Positions 34,602-50,320 are shown, counted from the stretch's first letter. The stretch is DNA of 64,000 nucleotides from Octopus vulgaris (GCA_951406725.2 OX597815.1:187302001-187366000); one strand, 5' to 3'. Translations and numbers: made by a program. The notes: a model not told the origin generated them from the letters alone.

Positions 34602-34850
34602 GTGGATACATGTGGCTTAGTGGTTAGGGCTTTGGACTCCTGATTGTAAGATTGTAGTTTCAATTCCTGGACTGGACAATGCGTTGTGTTCTTGTGTAAA
34701 ACATTTCGTTTCATGTTGCTCCAGTTTACTTAGATGGCAAAAATGAATAATCCTGCGACAGACTGGCATCCCATTCATTGGGGAATATATGCGCCATAGA
34801 AATTGAGAAACCAGCCCTTTGAATCTATATGATTTGGGAAGGAAAGAAGG
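34602..34850 (+). mobile_element. tRNA-derived SINE related to family D (diverged)
   Basis: gtggcttagtggttagggc...gtttcaattcctggactgg...ctgcgacagactggcatccc. Confidence 0.65.
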
Positions 34851-36654
34851 AAGGTTCAGTACTCCATAGATTATTTATAAAGGATCCGTAGCTCCTTTCT
34901 GGAGTTACTGAATGACTGACTATACACAACACTAAGATTTACAATTTCTATTTCATTTTACAACACCATCGTCTGTCATGAAATATTTAAGCTCAATCAT
35001 TGTAAATGTTTCGCTTTTGAATTTGGTTTGCAAGATTTTTTATATGAGGTCATGTGTTGAGCATATTCTGTTGTGTCTGGGGAGAGTCATTTTCTTTTCG
35101 TGCCTTATAATTTAACACTCACTGGCAAAATTTCCACTTATTTCTTAAGTCTTTTTACTCTTAACTTTATCAAATTGCAATAAAGTTAATAGTAAAATAC
35201 AATGTGAAGTAAATTTCATTGAATGTCATGTATAAGAATCTGTTTTTCCTTGTCTTACAATACAATCTTCATAGAAATATTTAAAAAAATAAAACAAACT
35301 AACTAATTGTGGTTATGCACTGTTGTATATGTTATAAATTTCATTTTCCTTTTTATGATGTTAAGTAATGTCATTATTATTAACAAGTTAATAAATATTT
35401 TCTTTCAGATATTTTATTATTTAGGTTGATTGATGTTAATATTCTTGGGGGTTAGTAGTTAAGACCAGTTTCACCAAATCTAAAATAAACAAATGCTGTC
35501 TTTCTATTTCTTATTTTTGTTAATGTAGCTTTGTTTTTATTGACCTGCCTTCCCAATCCTATTATCACTTGATAATTATTGATAATTTCTCCTGAAAAAA
35601 AAACAGTATTGATTTATAAATGCAATAAAGCATTTGATATCAGGTTTTTTTGTTTGTTTTTGTTTCTACAAGTGCTGCAGTAATGGGATACAATTATCAG
35701 TTGATACTTCTCTCCCACCCTGATTCATGAGTCTTACTGGTTTAATGCATATATTTTTCTACATAATAAATCATTAAAAAATCACTTATTTTTCCTAATA
35801 AGCACTTGTTATATTGAACCATTTTACATTGACACTATCAGTTTACAATCAATGTAACTTCAATAATAGAAATAAATTATGAATATTCGTATGTGCGCAT
35901 GTATATATTTATATGTGCGTCTGCTATGAATAGCATATATATTTTTTTTCACATTATTCATTTTATGATGAAAAATGCTATTTCTTTTAGCTCTATTGTA
36001 TTTGCTTCAAGTTTCAACTTTCCATATGATTTGATGAGCAATACTGTTATTTTTATATGTCATACATATTAAACGTGACTTGATATAAATGATAATATAT
36101 ACATATATTCAAAGGTTGTATTTGTTGGGTGTGTACATATTAATAGAAGTAGGAAAATAGGTAAGCAAAGTAGTCTGCCGTAACAGAAGGCAACATGATG
36201 ACATTTCTCTTAATTTACATCTGGACGTATGAGTGCAAATCACTTCTAAATAATGAGCTGCTTATTTTCTTAACACTATAAGTATTCACTGTATCCTTTC
36301 TATCAGTAAGAACAGTTGCTAACCCTAAGGGAATACTAAATCTAAATGTCGTTTATATAAATGTGAACCTGCATGCAATCACACAAACAGCTTTTATGTG
36401 CATATATATACATGAAAAACATATAGAGGTATAGAATTTAATTTCACATTTATAGGCTTATAAGCACATGCTTTCAAAACTTTAGAGGCAACTGGGTCAC
36501 TAATATATATAATTACATAATCATAAATATTTCTAAATGTATGCAAAATTGGCCCAAAATATTTATAGACATAAACAAAGAAGATCTGAAACATGTGTGG
36601 ACATATACAGAATCTTTTACTCTTTACTTATTTGTCATTATATTTTAGTCTTAT

Positions 36655-37007
36655 TTGTCATTAGACTGTGGCCATGCTGGAGCACTGTCTTGAATTTTTA
36701 GATGAATGAATCAGACCCCTGTACTTATTTTTTAAAAAAGTTTGGTACTAATTATGTTAGTTTCTTTTGCTGAACTGCTAAGTTACGAGGATGTAAATAA
36801 ACCAACACTAGTTGTCAAGCATTGGTGGAGGACAAACACACGCGCACACATGATGAACTTTTCATTTACATCTACCGAACACACTCAAAGCTTTGGTCAG
36901 CCCAAGGCCATAGTAGAAAACACTTGCTCAAGATACTAAGTAGTGGGACTGAACCTGGAACCATGTGGTTGGGAAGCAAACCTCTTACCACACACCCATG
37001 TCTGCAC
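36655..37007 (-). mobile_element. SINE family A
   Basis: gtcattagactgtggccatgctggagcac...gggactgaacctggaaccatgtggttgg. Confidence 0.85.
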
Positions 37008-37773
37008 CTTTGTAGGCATTTTTGAGGACAATCATAAAACATACATAAACATGTAAATAATATTTTCTGTTGCTTTGTCTTTAAAGTTCAGCAGCTGTTT
37101 AAATATTTAACTGAGTTGGGAACTTAATGAATGCATGAAATAACCTCTGTATGGTTGCTAAACTTGCTAGAAATTAAAGCCATGTCTTAAATCATACCCT
37201 GCTGTCTTGAATAAGAGAAGGGTACATTAGATGTTATAGATACCTCTTAAAAAGACAGAATTGTCATGCCTTTGGTGCCTTTGATTATATATCTGCTTCA
37301 TCAGGTTTGACTGAGGGATAAATAACTTGGTGCAATTTTTAAGGAATATTGTTACAGATTTCTCTTAACTGTTACACAGTTTCATAGATTTTGTTAGCTT
37401 CAAATAAATAGACACAATAATTGAGACACAAATGTATATATTAACAAGTAAAACAAATAGCTCGAATAGCAAAGTAAACCAACAAAAACAAGTTGTAAAA
37501 ATATTTTTAAAAAATATATAAAAAGAAAAAAAGCTGGTAGAAGATGGGTGGTTACCATTATATATGACCTGAATCTAACTGCTTTAAATAAGTCAATAAA
37601 CTACACATTAACAATCACATTTTGGCATACATAGTCAGAACCACAAAAATAAACAGATGAGCCCACAAACATTGACATGCTCACATGCATAATGACTAAC
37701 TTATATACACACACATTTATATCCAGACAATGCAAACATGAAAGACACATGCAATTCAGGGGATGTGTGTTTG

Positions 37774-37792
37774 TATACATACATACATACAT

Positions 37793-37850
<58 letters not shown>

Positions 37851-37853
37851 TAC

Positions 37854-37892
<39 letters not shown>

Positions 37893-38418
37893 TATATATA
37901 TATGTGTGTATATGTGTGTGTATATATGTGTGTGTATATGTGTGTATATATATGTGTGTATATGTGTGTATATATATATGTGTGTGTATATGTGTGTATA
38001 TATATATGTGTGTGTGTATATATATATATGTGTGTATGTGTGTGTATATATATATGTGTGTGTATATATATATGTGTGTGTATATGAGTGTATATATATA
38101 TGTGTGTATATGAGTATATATATATATGTGTGTATATGAGTATATATATATATGTGTGTATATGTGTATATATATGTGTGTATATGTGTGTATATATATA
38201 TGTGTGTGTGTATATATATGTGTGTGTGTATATATATATATGTGTGTATATATATATGTGTGTATATATATATGTGTGTGTGTGTATATATATGTGTGTG
38301 TGTATATATATATGTGTGTGTATATATATATATATGTGTGTGTGTATATATATATGTGTGTGTGTATATATATGTGTGTGTGTATATATATGTGTGTGTG
38401 TATATATATGTGTGTGTG

Positions 38419-38515
<97 letters not shown>

Positions 38516-38610
38516 GTGTGTGTGTATATATATATGTGTGTGTATATATATATATATGTGTGTGTATATATATATATGTGTGTGTGTATATATATATATA
38601 TGTGTGTGTG

Positions 38611-38691
<81 letters not shown>

Positions 38692-38700
38692 GTGTGTGTG

Positions 38701-38731
<31 letters not shown>

Positions 38732-38812
38732 ATATATATGTGTGTGTGTGTGTGTGTATATATATGTGTGTGTGTGTATATATATATATGTGTGTGTATA
38801 TATATATGTGTG

Positions 38813-38880
<68 letters not shown>
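37774..38880. repeat. 1.1-kb compound (TACA)n/(CA)n/(TA)n(TG)n microsatellite
   Basis: Directly visible in the sequence. Confidence 0.98.
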
Positions 38881-38882
<2 letters not shown>

Positions 38883-39441
38883 GTGTGTAATGTGCATTCA
38901 GAAAATTGTATACCCATATCTGTGTAATGTGTTATTAGGTGTGTGTACTAATAAGCTGAATATCCCTCTCTCTCTCCCAGTAAGAAAGATCTAAACAACT
39001 CAAAAGCATACTACTGTCCTTAATGCTTTGCATACTAATAACAATATCTCACTGACAGCTGTCATCCTGTTTGACTTTTTTTTTTAAATATTTTTTTTTA
39101 TGTATCTATGCACAACTTTCCTGAAAGTGACAAAGCACATAAAAGTAAACCATTTAATCTGTTCTAGTGACATTGATAAAAAAAAAAAGAAAGAAAAAAA
39201 AGAAAAAGAAATATGTAATGATTAAATGTGAGTAAAAATGGCATAAAATAATATTTCAGACTACCTAGCTCTTCAATATTTTTACACAGCTTGGAAGTGC
39301 ACTAGAATTATAAGGTTATGTTTGATGTACATTTAAGGGCACCTAATGCTTCAAGATGTTTACTACTGCCAAGAAGTAGCTTGCTACTATCCACACAACT
39401 TTGTCATTGAAGAGCCATATCAGCACTGCTTTAGAAAACTA

Positions 39442-39760
39442 CTGTGCCGGTGGCATGTAAAAGGGCACCATTCGAGTGTGATCGTTACCAACGTTGCCTT
39501 ACTAGCACCTGTACTGGTGGCATGTGTAAAAAGATTTGAGCGAGGTTATTGCCTGGCTGGCCCCCATGCTGGTGGCACGTAAAAAGCACCCACTACACTC
39601 TCAGAGTAGTTGGCATTAGGAAGGGCATCCAGCTGTAGAAACTCTGCCAAATCAAGATTGAAGCCTGGTGCAGCCATCTGGTTTGCCAGCCCTCAGTCAA
39701 AATTGTCCAACCCATGCAAGCATGGAAAGCGGACGTTAAACGATGATGATGATGATGATG
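39442..39760 (+). mobile_element. SINE family C
   Basis: Internal modules plus consensus 3' end and (GAT)n tail. Confidence 0.9.
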
Positions 39761-40289
39761 CTGATGAATGTAAGCAGTTACCATGGGCATGTTCTCCAAT
39801 TTAGGATTTAAAATTAGTTTAATTTGGTTCTTTAGTGTTCATGTGTAAGAATCCCTTTCTTGGTGAACAAAGTAACTACATATATTTCAAATGTATATGT
39901 TGCTTAAATTATCATCTCACAGGTTTTTCACTGTTTCTTGTGTCATATTTTCATTGTTTGAATGATATTTCAACTGTTATCTTGTCTTTTCTAGCATTTT
40001 ATATTCAACACTAACATTAATTTAAAACAGTAGTTTCTCTCAGGTTGCCAATCTTATGTTGTGTAGAAAAACATAATTATCAGAATTTGCCATTTTTTTA
40101 AATGGAATAATGCAAGAATCTGCCCTTTCATCTGCTATTTTTGTCTTAAAACCTTCCTATATCTTAAAATACATGTTTAGACTCATATAAAAGATATTTC
40201 ACTTTTTCCAACAAATACTTAACTCTAGATAGAAACTGGTTTCAGAACAGACCTTCAAGTAGTACTTATTAAATCTATTGCCTGTCTTG

Positions 40290-40955
40290 CCAAACTACTA
40301 GAGAACATAAAAGATGCACAACTGTTACACTCAACCACAAACAGTTGACAAAATTTCTAAGGGTTATATTCAACAACTCCACAACAAAACACTTATCAAG
40401 TACAGAGCAAAGTGGTAAAATGGTGCTTATGCTTAGAGTACTCATTTGAAGCACATTTAGTGAAGTGAAAGAAACAATAGTGTATAAACAGTACATTAGA
40501 TCCATTGTGAATTATGCCAGCTCTGCATGGCCTTATAATCATCATACCTCATATTATCAGAGGTTGCACTCCAACCATATTTGGAGATCAACTAGAAAAA
40601 TACTAAAACTGAAACAAAAATACTGAAAATGAGAGTGATATGGTTAACATGAGAAACAACCTCACAATCTCTTCTCTGCATGTAAAATTACATCCCTAAA
40701 CAACCCCCTTAAAACCTCAGAACACCGCGACCCTAAAATCATCTTTCCTACCCAACCTGGACAAGTACAAAGACACAGGTACACAGAAATAGTTGCAGTA
40801 TCAATAACCTGATTAGTTCCAGGAATTATGTTGGGATGCATACCAGTAAGGACATGAGCAGAAGAGTAGTAATTGTATTGGTCTGACAAAGTCCATCTTG
40901 GACAAAGAAATACATGTCCAAGTTGCAGCACTGCACCTTAAACAACCACTGTATA
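40290..40955 (+). mobile_element. I-group (Nimb/Ingi/I-like) LINE ORF2 3' relic
   Basis: LRVLI*STFSEVKETIVYKQYIRSIVNYASSAWP...ETKIL...NTCPSCSTAP, i.e. a post-RT thumb motif and a C-terminal zinc knuckle, with many stops. Confidence 0.65.
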
Positions 40956-43900
40956 ATAGTGTGGTGTGGTTGTTAACTTGAAATACATGGGATACTGCGA
41001 ATAATAGCTGTGTTAGTTGTACCCAGTTGTTAAGTCAACCCTTTAGCTTCAGATTTCTTTTTCAAATGTAATACCTCTTTATTCACATTGTTTTGAATTA
41101 ATCATGCATTATCTCGTAGTTCTGAGATTTCAATGTTGTGATTTTTTTTTTTTTTAGACTGACAATGTAGGGTAGGTGTGAAAGGTAGCATATGAGCCAG
41201 TTTGAACATAAAACATGTGAAATATTTGGTTAAATTCATATGATAATCTACTTGACTGAGCAGGGCTGATCTGGGACTAGTATTAGATTTTTACTGATTG
41301 TTTTCATAATTCAGTTTATTTTTGAAATTTGCCTTTCAAATCTCAACTTAACTTTCATAGCTTAATTTGCTTTGTATTATGCAATCATTTTTTCATTACA
41401 ACTTCTGTTATATCCATATAATATCATATAATTTTTTTTTTTAATGTTCTAAATAGTTACGCTTTATTCTTACTTTCTTTCTAATGTTCAGTTGTTGCTG
41501 TTATTTAATTCTCTGATATATATTATTTCATATTTAGTTCTGTAAAATAAATCTGTAAGATAATAGGCCTTGAAATAACTGCAGTGGATTAGGTTTGAAT
41601 GTCTTGTAAATGTTCATCAAATCATTGCCTATATTTAAGTAAGATTTTTAAAAAGCCTTATTCAAACAGATGAAAATGGTTAGATATCATTAATATAATG
41701 TTTCGATTAATCAATTAGTTTTTTCTTTTAATGCTTCAGAGATTTTATTTCTACACAATGTAAGTTGTTTTTAAGATCAAAAATTGTTCTATTTTTATCA
41801 GAATATCAATTTTCAGTGATCTTTTTTATCATATTTTTCACTTCCTCCTCACACAACTAAGGTAATGGATTTCTTACACTGTGTAGTTTTTCTATATCTA
41901 AAATTGAAATAAAAGTAAACACCTCTCATGCAATAGGTCACTTGTTCATTGTGAAGGATATTATATTTGAATTTTTATGCAATTCTGATATTTATTTTAA
42001 TCAGTTGTGCTCACTTCTGAGTCACGACTAGATCAATATAGAACCCTTATTAGCTCATTCTTATCAATTCCAGTTCTTCGTCACAAAGTTATATTCATAA
42101 TATGAAGCTGGCAAGATTTCCACTTGTGAACAATTTTTAATTGTCATTTTTATTTTAGCTTCAGAACAATTTCCATCTCCTGTTTTCTATAACTATATAT
42201 ATTTTCACATTAAATGCAACTGTTATTTTCTATACACTGTTACAAAAATAAATTAATTTGATCTTTTAATTATACTTATTGCTAATTTATCTAATTTAAA
42301 AAAAAAAAAATTACTTTTACTCTGTACAAGAAATGAGAATTATTTCCAGTGTAAATTTTTATTGGATTTTAACCTCAGACTCTTAACATATTTCATTTTA
42401 TTTTTTTATTAATATTATTATTATTATTATTATAGTTTCTAATCAGGAAAGTAACTTCAAGAAATCAATTATCTCTTTTGACAAGCCATTCATACAAGAA
42501 GCTTCTTCAAGCAATCTAAAATAGACATGACCAGTTTAATAAATCAAAATGTACTGAATACGATTCTTTTTACAAGAACCTACTTCCTTTATGTTAGAAT
42601 ATAAATGAGGGGAATGTATCATAGTAACATTTTCTCATTTGTGAATTTTTATAATTATTACTTTTTTTTTCTTTTCATCTCATAATTTCAGATTTATATA
42701 TTAAGATTCTCTGATCTGTCTTGTAAACAAGATATAATCTATATTTGCTATATATCTAATAGCATTTTTAGATAATCATATAATTTTTAGATATTAAAAA
42801 AAAATTCTTTTTTTTTTTTATATTATGATAATTTATCTGACTAATTTTTTGATTCGTATTTTAGTTTGGGAAATTTCTCAGCAAAACTCTAATTACTTTG
42901 TTCAATAAACAAGAAAGGCTGCTAAGGGAATGAATGAAATCGATCCATATACATTTTGTTGTGATCTGAAATTTCATATATGTGATGTTCTTTTCATATA
43001 TTTAGAGTAATCGATAGATAGTATTCAGAAACAGTAATTTTAAATCAACGAGAAGAGACTGAAAAATCTTTTTAGTGAGTTACATATTTGATATTCAGTG
43101 TTTTCCTTTTTTTCTTTCTTATTTCTTACTTTGTTTTTTTTTTTTGAATAATCAATATTTCACATTTAGTTTTTGATTTGTTTTTATCTCCCAACATCTT
43201 CACATCTGTTTAAGCATATACATTAGTTAGATGCATTCTAAATTTAAAAGTAGTATTTGATGTACTGAAGAACACTAGATGAGCTTTCTTAACTTGATCC
43301 ATTTTGATATCAATTATTTTCTGAAAAAGCTTCTTTGTTTATTTGCATTTTTTTTTCTTTCCTTTTTTTTTTTTTTTTTTTTTTTTATCTACTCTCCTAC
43401 ACTCATTTTGATGACTTATTCATGTGTTCTCTGTAACTTATAACTATATTATTGAATGTGTTACAATACTGCTAGACTAAGAATAATAATAATAATAAAC
43501 TTGGAAATGATACAAGAATCTAGTTCCATTAGAATTTCCAAATGAACTAAAAGCAAACAAAACTTTATTAGTGAAATTAATTGTTTCCTGTATTTCAATT
43601 CTAATAAGCATTTAATATATTCTATGTTATTAAATTATTTCTCAATGTTTTGAAAGAGTCTACATTGTTGAATAATTTGTAAAGAAAAGTCTATGCTATT
43701 TAGGAACATCAGATGAATAGAAATAATTACCAGTTGTTTGTTGTTTTTGAATCTAATTTGTTAATCATTTCTTGGACTTAAATAGTAGCTTCCATGAAAT
43801 CTTCAATACCATTATTTCCTAAATGTTTTTCAATTATACTTTTAAGTTTTGGCATATTTCTTTTAATAATAACAATGATGATTTAAAAAGAAAATCTTTT

Positions 43901-44265
43901 TAATCAGGTGGGAAGGGCTGTGCCCATATCCCTTTACAGAACCTCTGGCACTGATGGGATGGTGGGAGGAAGGTATCCTCAAACCAGAGACATATTTTGA
44001 ATGTTTGGAATAGAATGGACTCTGTTATCATTTAAACCGGCCATATCGGGTTCCAAATATTCATTTGTTTTTTGTTCAAACTGATCAGCTCCAGCCTCTC
44101 ACACCTACCCAACAATGTCATTCTAAAAATATACAGTCATGTCATTGAAATCTTGAGAATATGTGCATAATTAATTTAAAACGATCTAAATGAATAAGTG
44201 TTATATTTAATGAAGTAATCCGAATACTAAAAAGTTTAAGGCATTCAAGGGCCAGGTGGTGGTAT

Positions 44266-44696
44266 TAACTCTTTAGTTACCATATTTTTGTTGAAAAAAC
44301 TGCCTTTATTTCAATTAATTTTGAAAATGAAGAATGTATTAAAATAACTTTGTAGTTATTAAGATGGTATTTGGAATATAAATTAATATAAAATTTTGAT
44401 AAACAATTCACTTTAACCCTTGAGCATTTAAACTGGCTATATCTGGCCTAAATATTCAACCTGTTTTATGTACAAATTGGCTAAATCTAGCCTCTCTCCC
44501 CATCTCAAGTGTCATTCTAAAAATAAACAATTACATCATCAAAATCTTGAAGCTACATCATAATGTATGCTTAAATACTAAACAATATGAATCAATCAGT
44601 ATTACATCTGAATCCAAGTGCTTAAACGATTAAAACAGGAAGTTTGTATCATAGAATCAGGAGTGGTTTTTGGTGGGTTGATATCAAAAGGGTTTG
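44266..44696. mobile_element. TTAA-type MITE with a second TTAA MITE nested at ~44414-44633
   Basis: ttaactctttagttaccatattt ... gatatcaaaagggtt, homologous to 58731-58942. The inner ttaacccttgagcatttaaac family also occurs at ~27690-27842, ~41035-41230 and ~44030-44240. Confidence 0.65.
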
Positions 44697-47600
44697 ATTG
44701 TCTGTCTTTTGCATTGGCTGGGTGGGGCACAGATGTGTCGTTGGTCTTTGATATGTTTCATCTCCAAAGAGGATGAAAGGCAGAGGTTGCCTTGAAGGGG
44801 TTTGAGTTTAGAGTGTGGATGTATATAGGGGTCATAACTTGATACAGCAAGACATTTTTTCCAGTATGCTATCATTTCTGTGAACTCCTCTAAGAATAAT
44901 ATCATGAATGAAATTAATTTTTTATAGTTAAGTTACTACAGGAGACTAAACTAGAGTCAACTTATCTCTCAATTAGGTTTCTAAATAACCACCCCTTTAA
45001 GTATTTGGTGGAGGAACTTGATTTGTGATTTCTTCATTCATGATTATTAATTATAATCAGGTTTGTTATGTATACACAGTCTAATCTTTTATTGCTAAAA
45101 TAATTTGTCTATTTCTGTTATTTGTATCAAATAGTCCTTGAAATGTATAATTTGTCTGTTTTAGGCAATTTTTATCAAATTGTCCTTGAAATAGAAATTA
45201 TGTTGCTGAACTTTTATTTTTCCTTTAAAAAAAACACACAAAAAAACAAAAAACAAATGAACAAAAATCACATTCTATGGCTTCTTTTATGAGACAGGAT
45301 TGGCACTTATTTTCTTTGTAGGAAAAGTGAAGTAGAAACTGGTAGTATACACTTAGGAATGGTTATAGTTAATGATTCAAGAATCATGATGAATCATTTA
45401 AGCGTTTTTCTTTTCTTTTTTTTCTTTTTTTTTTTTTTGAGATTTATCTGTGTCTGGCTATGTATATAATCTAATAAATAACAGTGTAACTACTGAGGCA
45501 AATAAATTATGACTTACAAAAATTATCATTTGGATGTCAGCAAAACAATTTTCTTGAATTTACAAAATATGCGTATTCAGAGTCAAAATAAACATGACTC
45601 ATTTATTGTGGAATCTGTATAAGAATAATTCTGTTATAAACTTAATGGATCCTGTATGGTTATGACAACTTTGATAATGCTTGATAACCACGCTTGATGA
45701 GTACTGTATATTTGTCTATTGAAAGTTGTCTAAAGAAAACAGTTTCAGCCTGTCCTACTATTTATCATTGCTTTAACAGCTTGGAAAAGTTTAAAAAATT
45801 AGATGAATTGTAAAACTTGAGAATTGTAAGTGAATAATGGTTTTAAAGACGCATAAGCTTTTAAAAATAATGTAAGAAGAAAAATAAGAATTAAATCTTC
45901 TTCCGAAATATTAAATATCATGTACAATGATTGGAAGTGATGAAAAATTGATTCTGTTTCAACCATGAAGATAAACTACACTTCAAGATTTTAATAAGGC
46001 TTTAGTGAAAGTGTATAAATGTAATTGATAAGAAAAATTTTTTTTTTAACGAGTAGAAATATACTGCTAGCACATATAGTGCTTGAAAATTGGAAAAGTA
46101 TAAATCATGGAAGTTTTGTAAGATATCTGATAAAAGAAAAAGGATTCTTTTACATCTCAAGACGAGCAAATGCTGAAACTAATATAACATTTCATATCAT
46201 TTAAACATTTTTTTTTATTTGAAATTAAGTATCATCAAATTTATCTGACCCATATTCATTAAAACATTATTTGCATATCTTTGTGCTTAACAATCTGTTT
46301 CAAAATATACTTGTTGATTAATAACAGGTAATCAAGGACAAAAATGGAATGCAAATATTTACTTGTGAATGTTTTTTTTAATAAAAACATCTATTAATGA
46401 CTCAAAGAGCTATCTAATCTTATATATTTTGTGAGAACATATATATATTGTTACTTAATTTTTAAATAATATCAGGCCAATATAAACATCTATGCTTTGG
46501 CTAAGTGTATTTTAGTTATTGCTTTTGTATCGAGATTCTAAGTTTAAAAGCCAAATTTTGTCTTTATTCCTTTGATCTGATAAGATGTAATTACTGGTTT
46601 CTGTGTTCAGAGTTCTTATATGTGGTAGACATCAATTCATCACCTAGTTTACCACCACTATTTGGTCTGTTTGTGCTTTCAACAGAGTTCATTCTGTAAG
46701 TATTTGGTCCAGGTTTCTGGTTTGAAAACAAGTGCCTCTGTTTGGAAATCCAGCAAAAAGTCATGGGCACTGCTCTTCCCTACATGACCAATCAGTAAAA
46801 AAAAAATACATAAAGGTCAGCTTTATGAAGCAGACCTAGTTCGATATTATTCAAGCCACAATAATTCTATCTTTTATTTGGGATATGCACAGGTCAAATT
46901 GTTCTTTTATATTTTAAACTGTTAATGTAATTTGAGCGAGATCTGGCTGCTTTTGCTGTAGGGTATATGCATCATCAGTTTTATATTCTTTATAAATAAA
47001 AAATCCTTGTACCAAGAAACTAATATTAAGTAAGTTTGTTAAATAAGTGCATTCAAATTTCTACTGATAATATTTGAATCTAAAATTGATGTTTCTGTGT
47101 CACAAAGACACAACATCATTATCTTGGTCAGTCACAACCATATTACTTACTACTGCAACCTTGTTTCAATGAAATCATTCAGAAATTTCAAGTATATTTA
47201 CATCTTAGTAATCTTCCAAATTATTTTTATTCTTTTACAAGATTTAGTTGATGGCAAATAAATTAAATTTTGATGCTCTTGACCTTTTCTATTTATTTCA
47301 TATTTGATTAACACTCTGTTGGACCCGTAAGTTGTAACTAAATACTCTGTCAGCTAGTGAAATAATTAGTGTCACAAGCCAGCAAGAAAGGTTTTATGTA
47401 GTTGTTTGACCTGCTCGGAGTTGCAAGCAAAATCTCTCATCAAACTCCATACTGGCTTTTGAAATTGAAATTCACATAAACTTCCAAATCTAAGGATGTT
47501 GTGTCTATAGCAGGAGCATGTTAAACATAGTGAGAATGCTGATTAAATGAAGTGTAACTCAAACTGTTTCTCCAAGTGTCTCATATCTACACATTTTGTA

Positions 47601-48455
47601 TGCTTAAGTTACCCCTACTTGTTCTAACTCTACATCATACTCAGTTCTGCTTGAACAAATCTATCTTCTTAAAAACAACAGTGTCATTTGAATGTTTTTC
47701 ATTATTTTAGGATTACATGTAATTAATTTTGAGCAAAAAGACAAACAGATAAGTCTATTTCTTGGGAATATTTTCTCAACTGGAAAGCTGATACATTTAA
47801 ATTGTTATATTTTAAAAAATATATTCTGTTTGAAAGTATGTTCATTTTTAATGTTCAGAATTAGTTCAAAGCTTGTGAAAATCTTATTTTATGTTTTTTT
47901 TTTAATATTTGCTGCATTATATTCTTAAAATAAATGTTTATCATTCTTGAAAGTAATCAATTACTGTATAACATTTTTGTAAATAACTTAATTAAAATTC
48001 AATGAGCAACTGTAAATTTCTCTGCATTAACATTTAATATTTTTGTAAATACAGACAAAATGCTTCTTTGCTTACAAAACTTATTTGAAAGTTATAAATT
48101 ACCAAAGTAGTATATAAATTGCATGTAAACTGATACTTGAAATATTTGTATCATTCTGTTGGGAAAGTACTTTGCTTAAGCAGATCTAACTTTAGAATTT
48201 AACCAAAATGTAAAAAACTTCACTATAAATTTGAAGGAAACAAAATATAATTTTGTTCTTATCTAGAGTACTTTTTAGAATTGGTTGTAAACTATTCTGT
48301 TGAGATAAATATGTTCTATTGACATCTTGTTGATGTTAGGAGTAAGTGGCTAGAATAAGGATATGTGAGAACATGATACATTGGAATTGCTTCTTGTGAA
48401 GCAACTGTAAGTTTCTCTGATTCCATTTCTGTATATGTTGTATTCTTTATATTAA

Positions 48456-48668
48456 GGCGGCGAGCTGGCAGAAATGTTAGCATGCCTGGCAAAATGCGTA
48501 GCTGTTACGTTCTGAGTTCAAATTCTGTCGAGGTCAACTTTGCCTTTCATCCTTTCGGGGATCGATAAATTAAGTACCAGTTATGCACTGGGGTCGATGT
48601 AATTGACTTAATCTCTTTGTCCTTGTTTGTCCCCTCTATGTTTAACCCTTTGTGGGCAATAAAGAAAC
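48456..48668 (+). mobile_element. SINE family B
   Basis: ggcggcgagctggcagaa...gcctttcatcctttcggggatcgataaattaagtaccag...gcaataaagaa; flanking repeat tatatgttgtattctttatatt / tatattgtattctttatatt. Confidence 0.9.
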
Positions 48669-49964
48669 ATATATATTGTATTCTTTATATTATTAGGACA
48701 AATCATTGTATGAACATTTTCCTGAACATTTCATATAAACACATTGAATTATACGGTGCAATTGTGTCATGTTTACAATAATGCCTCTTGATTAAATAAG
48801 CCACATGTTTGATCAAATTCATTTCTAATTGAATTTTAATTAGTGATTAATATTTTGTGGATGATTTCACTTCAGTAGAAAGTAAGTTTGTTGTTTTTTT
48901 CTTGTAAAATTTGGTAATTTCTTATAAACTTTCATTTGCTTTCCGAGGATGTAGTTCCATCAGGTATTGTATCTTATTCAATTTCATTCAAATTAAATTA
49001 AAACACTACCTAAGAATTTATGCATGTCTTTACAGCAACCTTGTGTGCATAACATTTTTTGCTTCAGTTAACCAAGCGAATATGAGTCATGCCAACTAGC
49101 ATCAAAAATAATATTCAGCTGTTAAATATCTTTGTGAAGCATGTTTATATATCTTAGATATCAAAACAAATATTTTCGTAATTTACTTTAAATAAAAGAA
49201 ACAATTGACATTTGAATTTTTTTGTTTCTTTTGTAATTGTTTTTAAAAGTTATGAGGAAGATTAGAAATTACATTTATACAAAGATAAACTTAATTCTCT
49301 GGAAGCTGTTTAAAATGTCTGATAAGAGTGTTGGCCTGAGAATAATAAATATGAGAACCTATGAATCAGTTTTATTGGTTTTAAATTTCCTTGATTTGAA
49401 ATGTACTTACTTGCTACTACTACTACAAGTCAAAGCTGCAAATATATGTACGAGACAATCATGTTCCACAATTATTACCAGCTAACACAATTTAATTTGG
49501 CCTCTGAATTGGAAATTGCTATACAACCATGGAAAAGATTTACATCTGAATTGAGGAATTTGTGCAGCTACATTTTGTTATGTAGATCATGTAATCATGA
49601 ATATGATAAAATAGTAAATCAGCCTTTACTTTAGTTATACAACTACTGGAAAGATTAAAGTAAAAAATTGAAAATCAAAATTGACAATGTATTTGAGCAT
49701 TGGCACCTAGTTTAAGATACTGTGTGGTTGATAAAGGCAGATAATATATGCAACGATATTATCTGGTGGGTGTTGTATTCAAAGGAATAAATCTGACAGT
49801 ATAATGAAAATGCACTGACAAGCCAAAGATAGTAATTGGTAAGTGAAGGCATTAAACACATCTGGTGTCAATCGTGTGAAGTTATTTTCAGAGGTTCATA
49901 TGAGGGCAAGGAATGACCAAGGGATGTTTACAAAGAAATGATTCATATTAGCACTTTGCCAATA

Positions 49965-50320
49965 CAGGTGCAGGAGTGTCTGTGTGGTAAGTACCTTGCT
50001 TACCAACTATATGGTTCTGGGTTCAGTTCCACTGCGTGGCACCTTGGGCAAGTGTCTTCTACTATATCCTTGGGCTGGCCAAAGCCTTGTGAGTGGATTT
50101 GGTAGACAGAAACTGAAAGAAGTCTGTCGTGTGTGTGTGTGTCTTTGTTTGTCCCCCCACCATAGCTTGACAACCGATGTTGGTGTATTTACGTCCCTGT
50201 AACTTGGTAGTTCAAGAAAAGAGACTGTCAGAATAAGTATTAGGCTTACAAAGAATAAGTCCTGGGGTCGATTTGTTCGACTGGAGGTGGTGCTCCAGCA
50301 TGGCTGCAGTCAAGATGACA
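49965..50320 (+). mobile_element. SINE family A
   Basis: aggtgcaggagtgtctgtgtggtaag...ccttgggcaagtgtctt...gtgctccagcatggc. Confidence 0.9.

Noticed and set aside
37601-38994. ORFs up to 398 aa
   Set aside because: Same microsatellite artefact.
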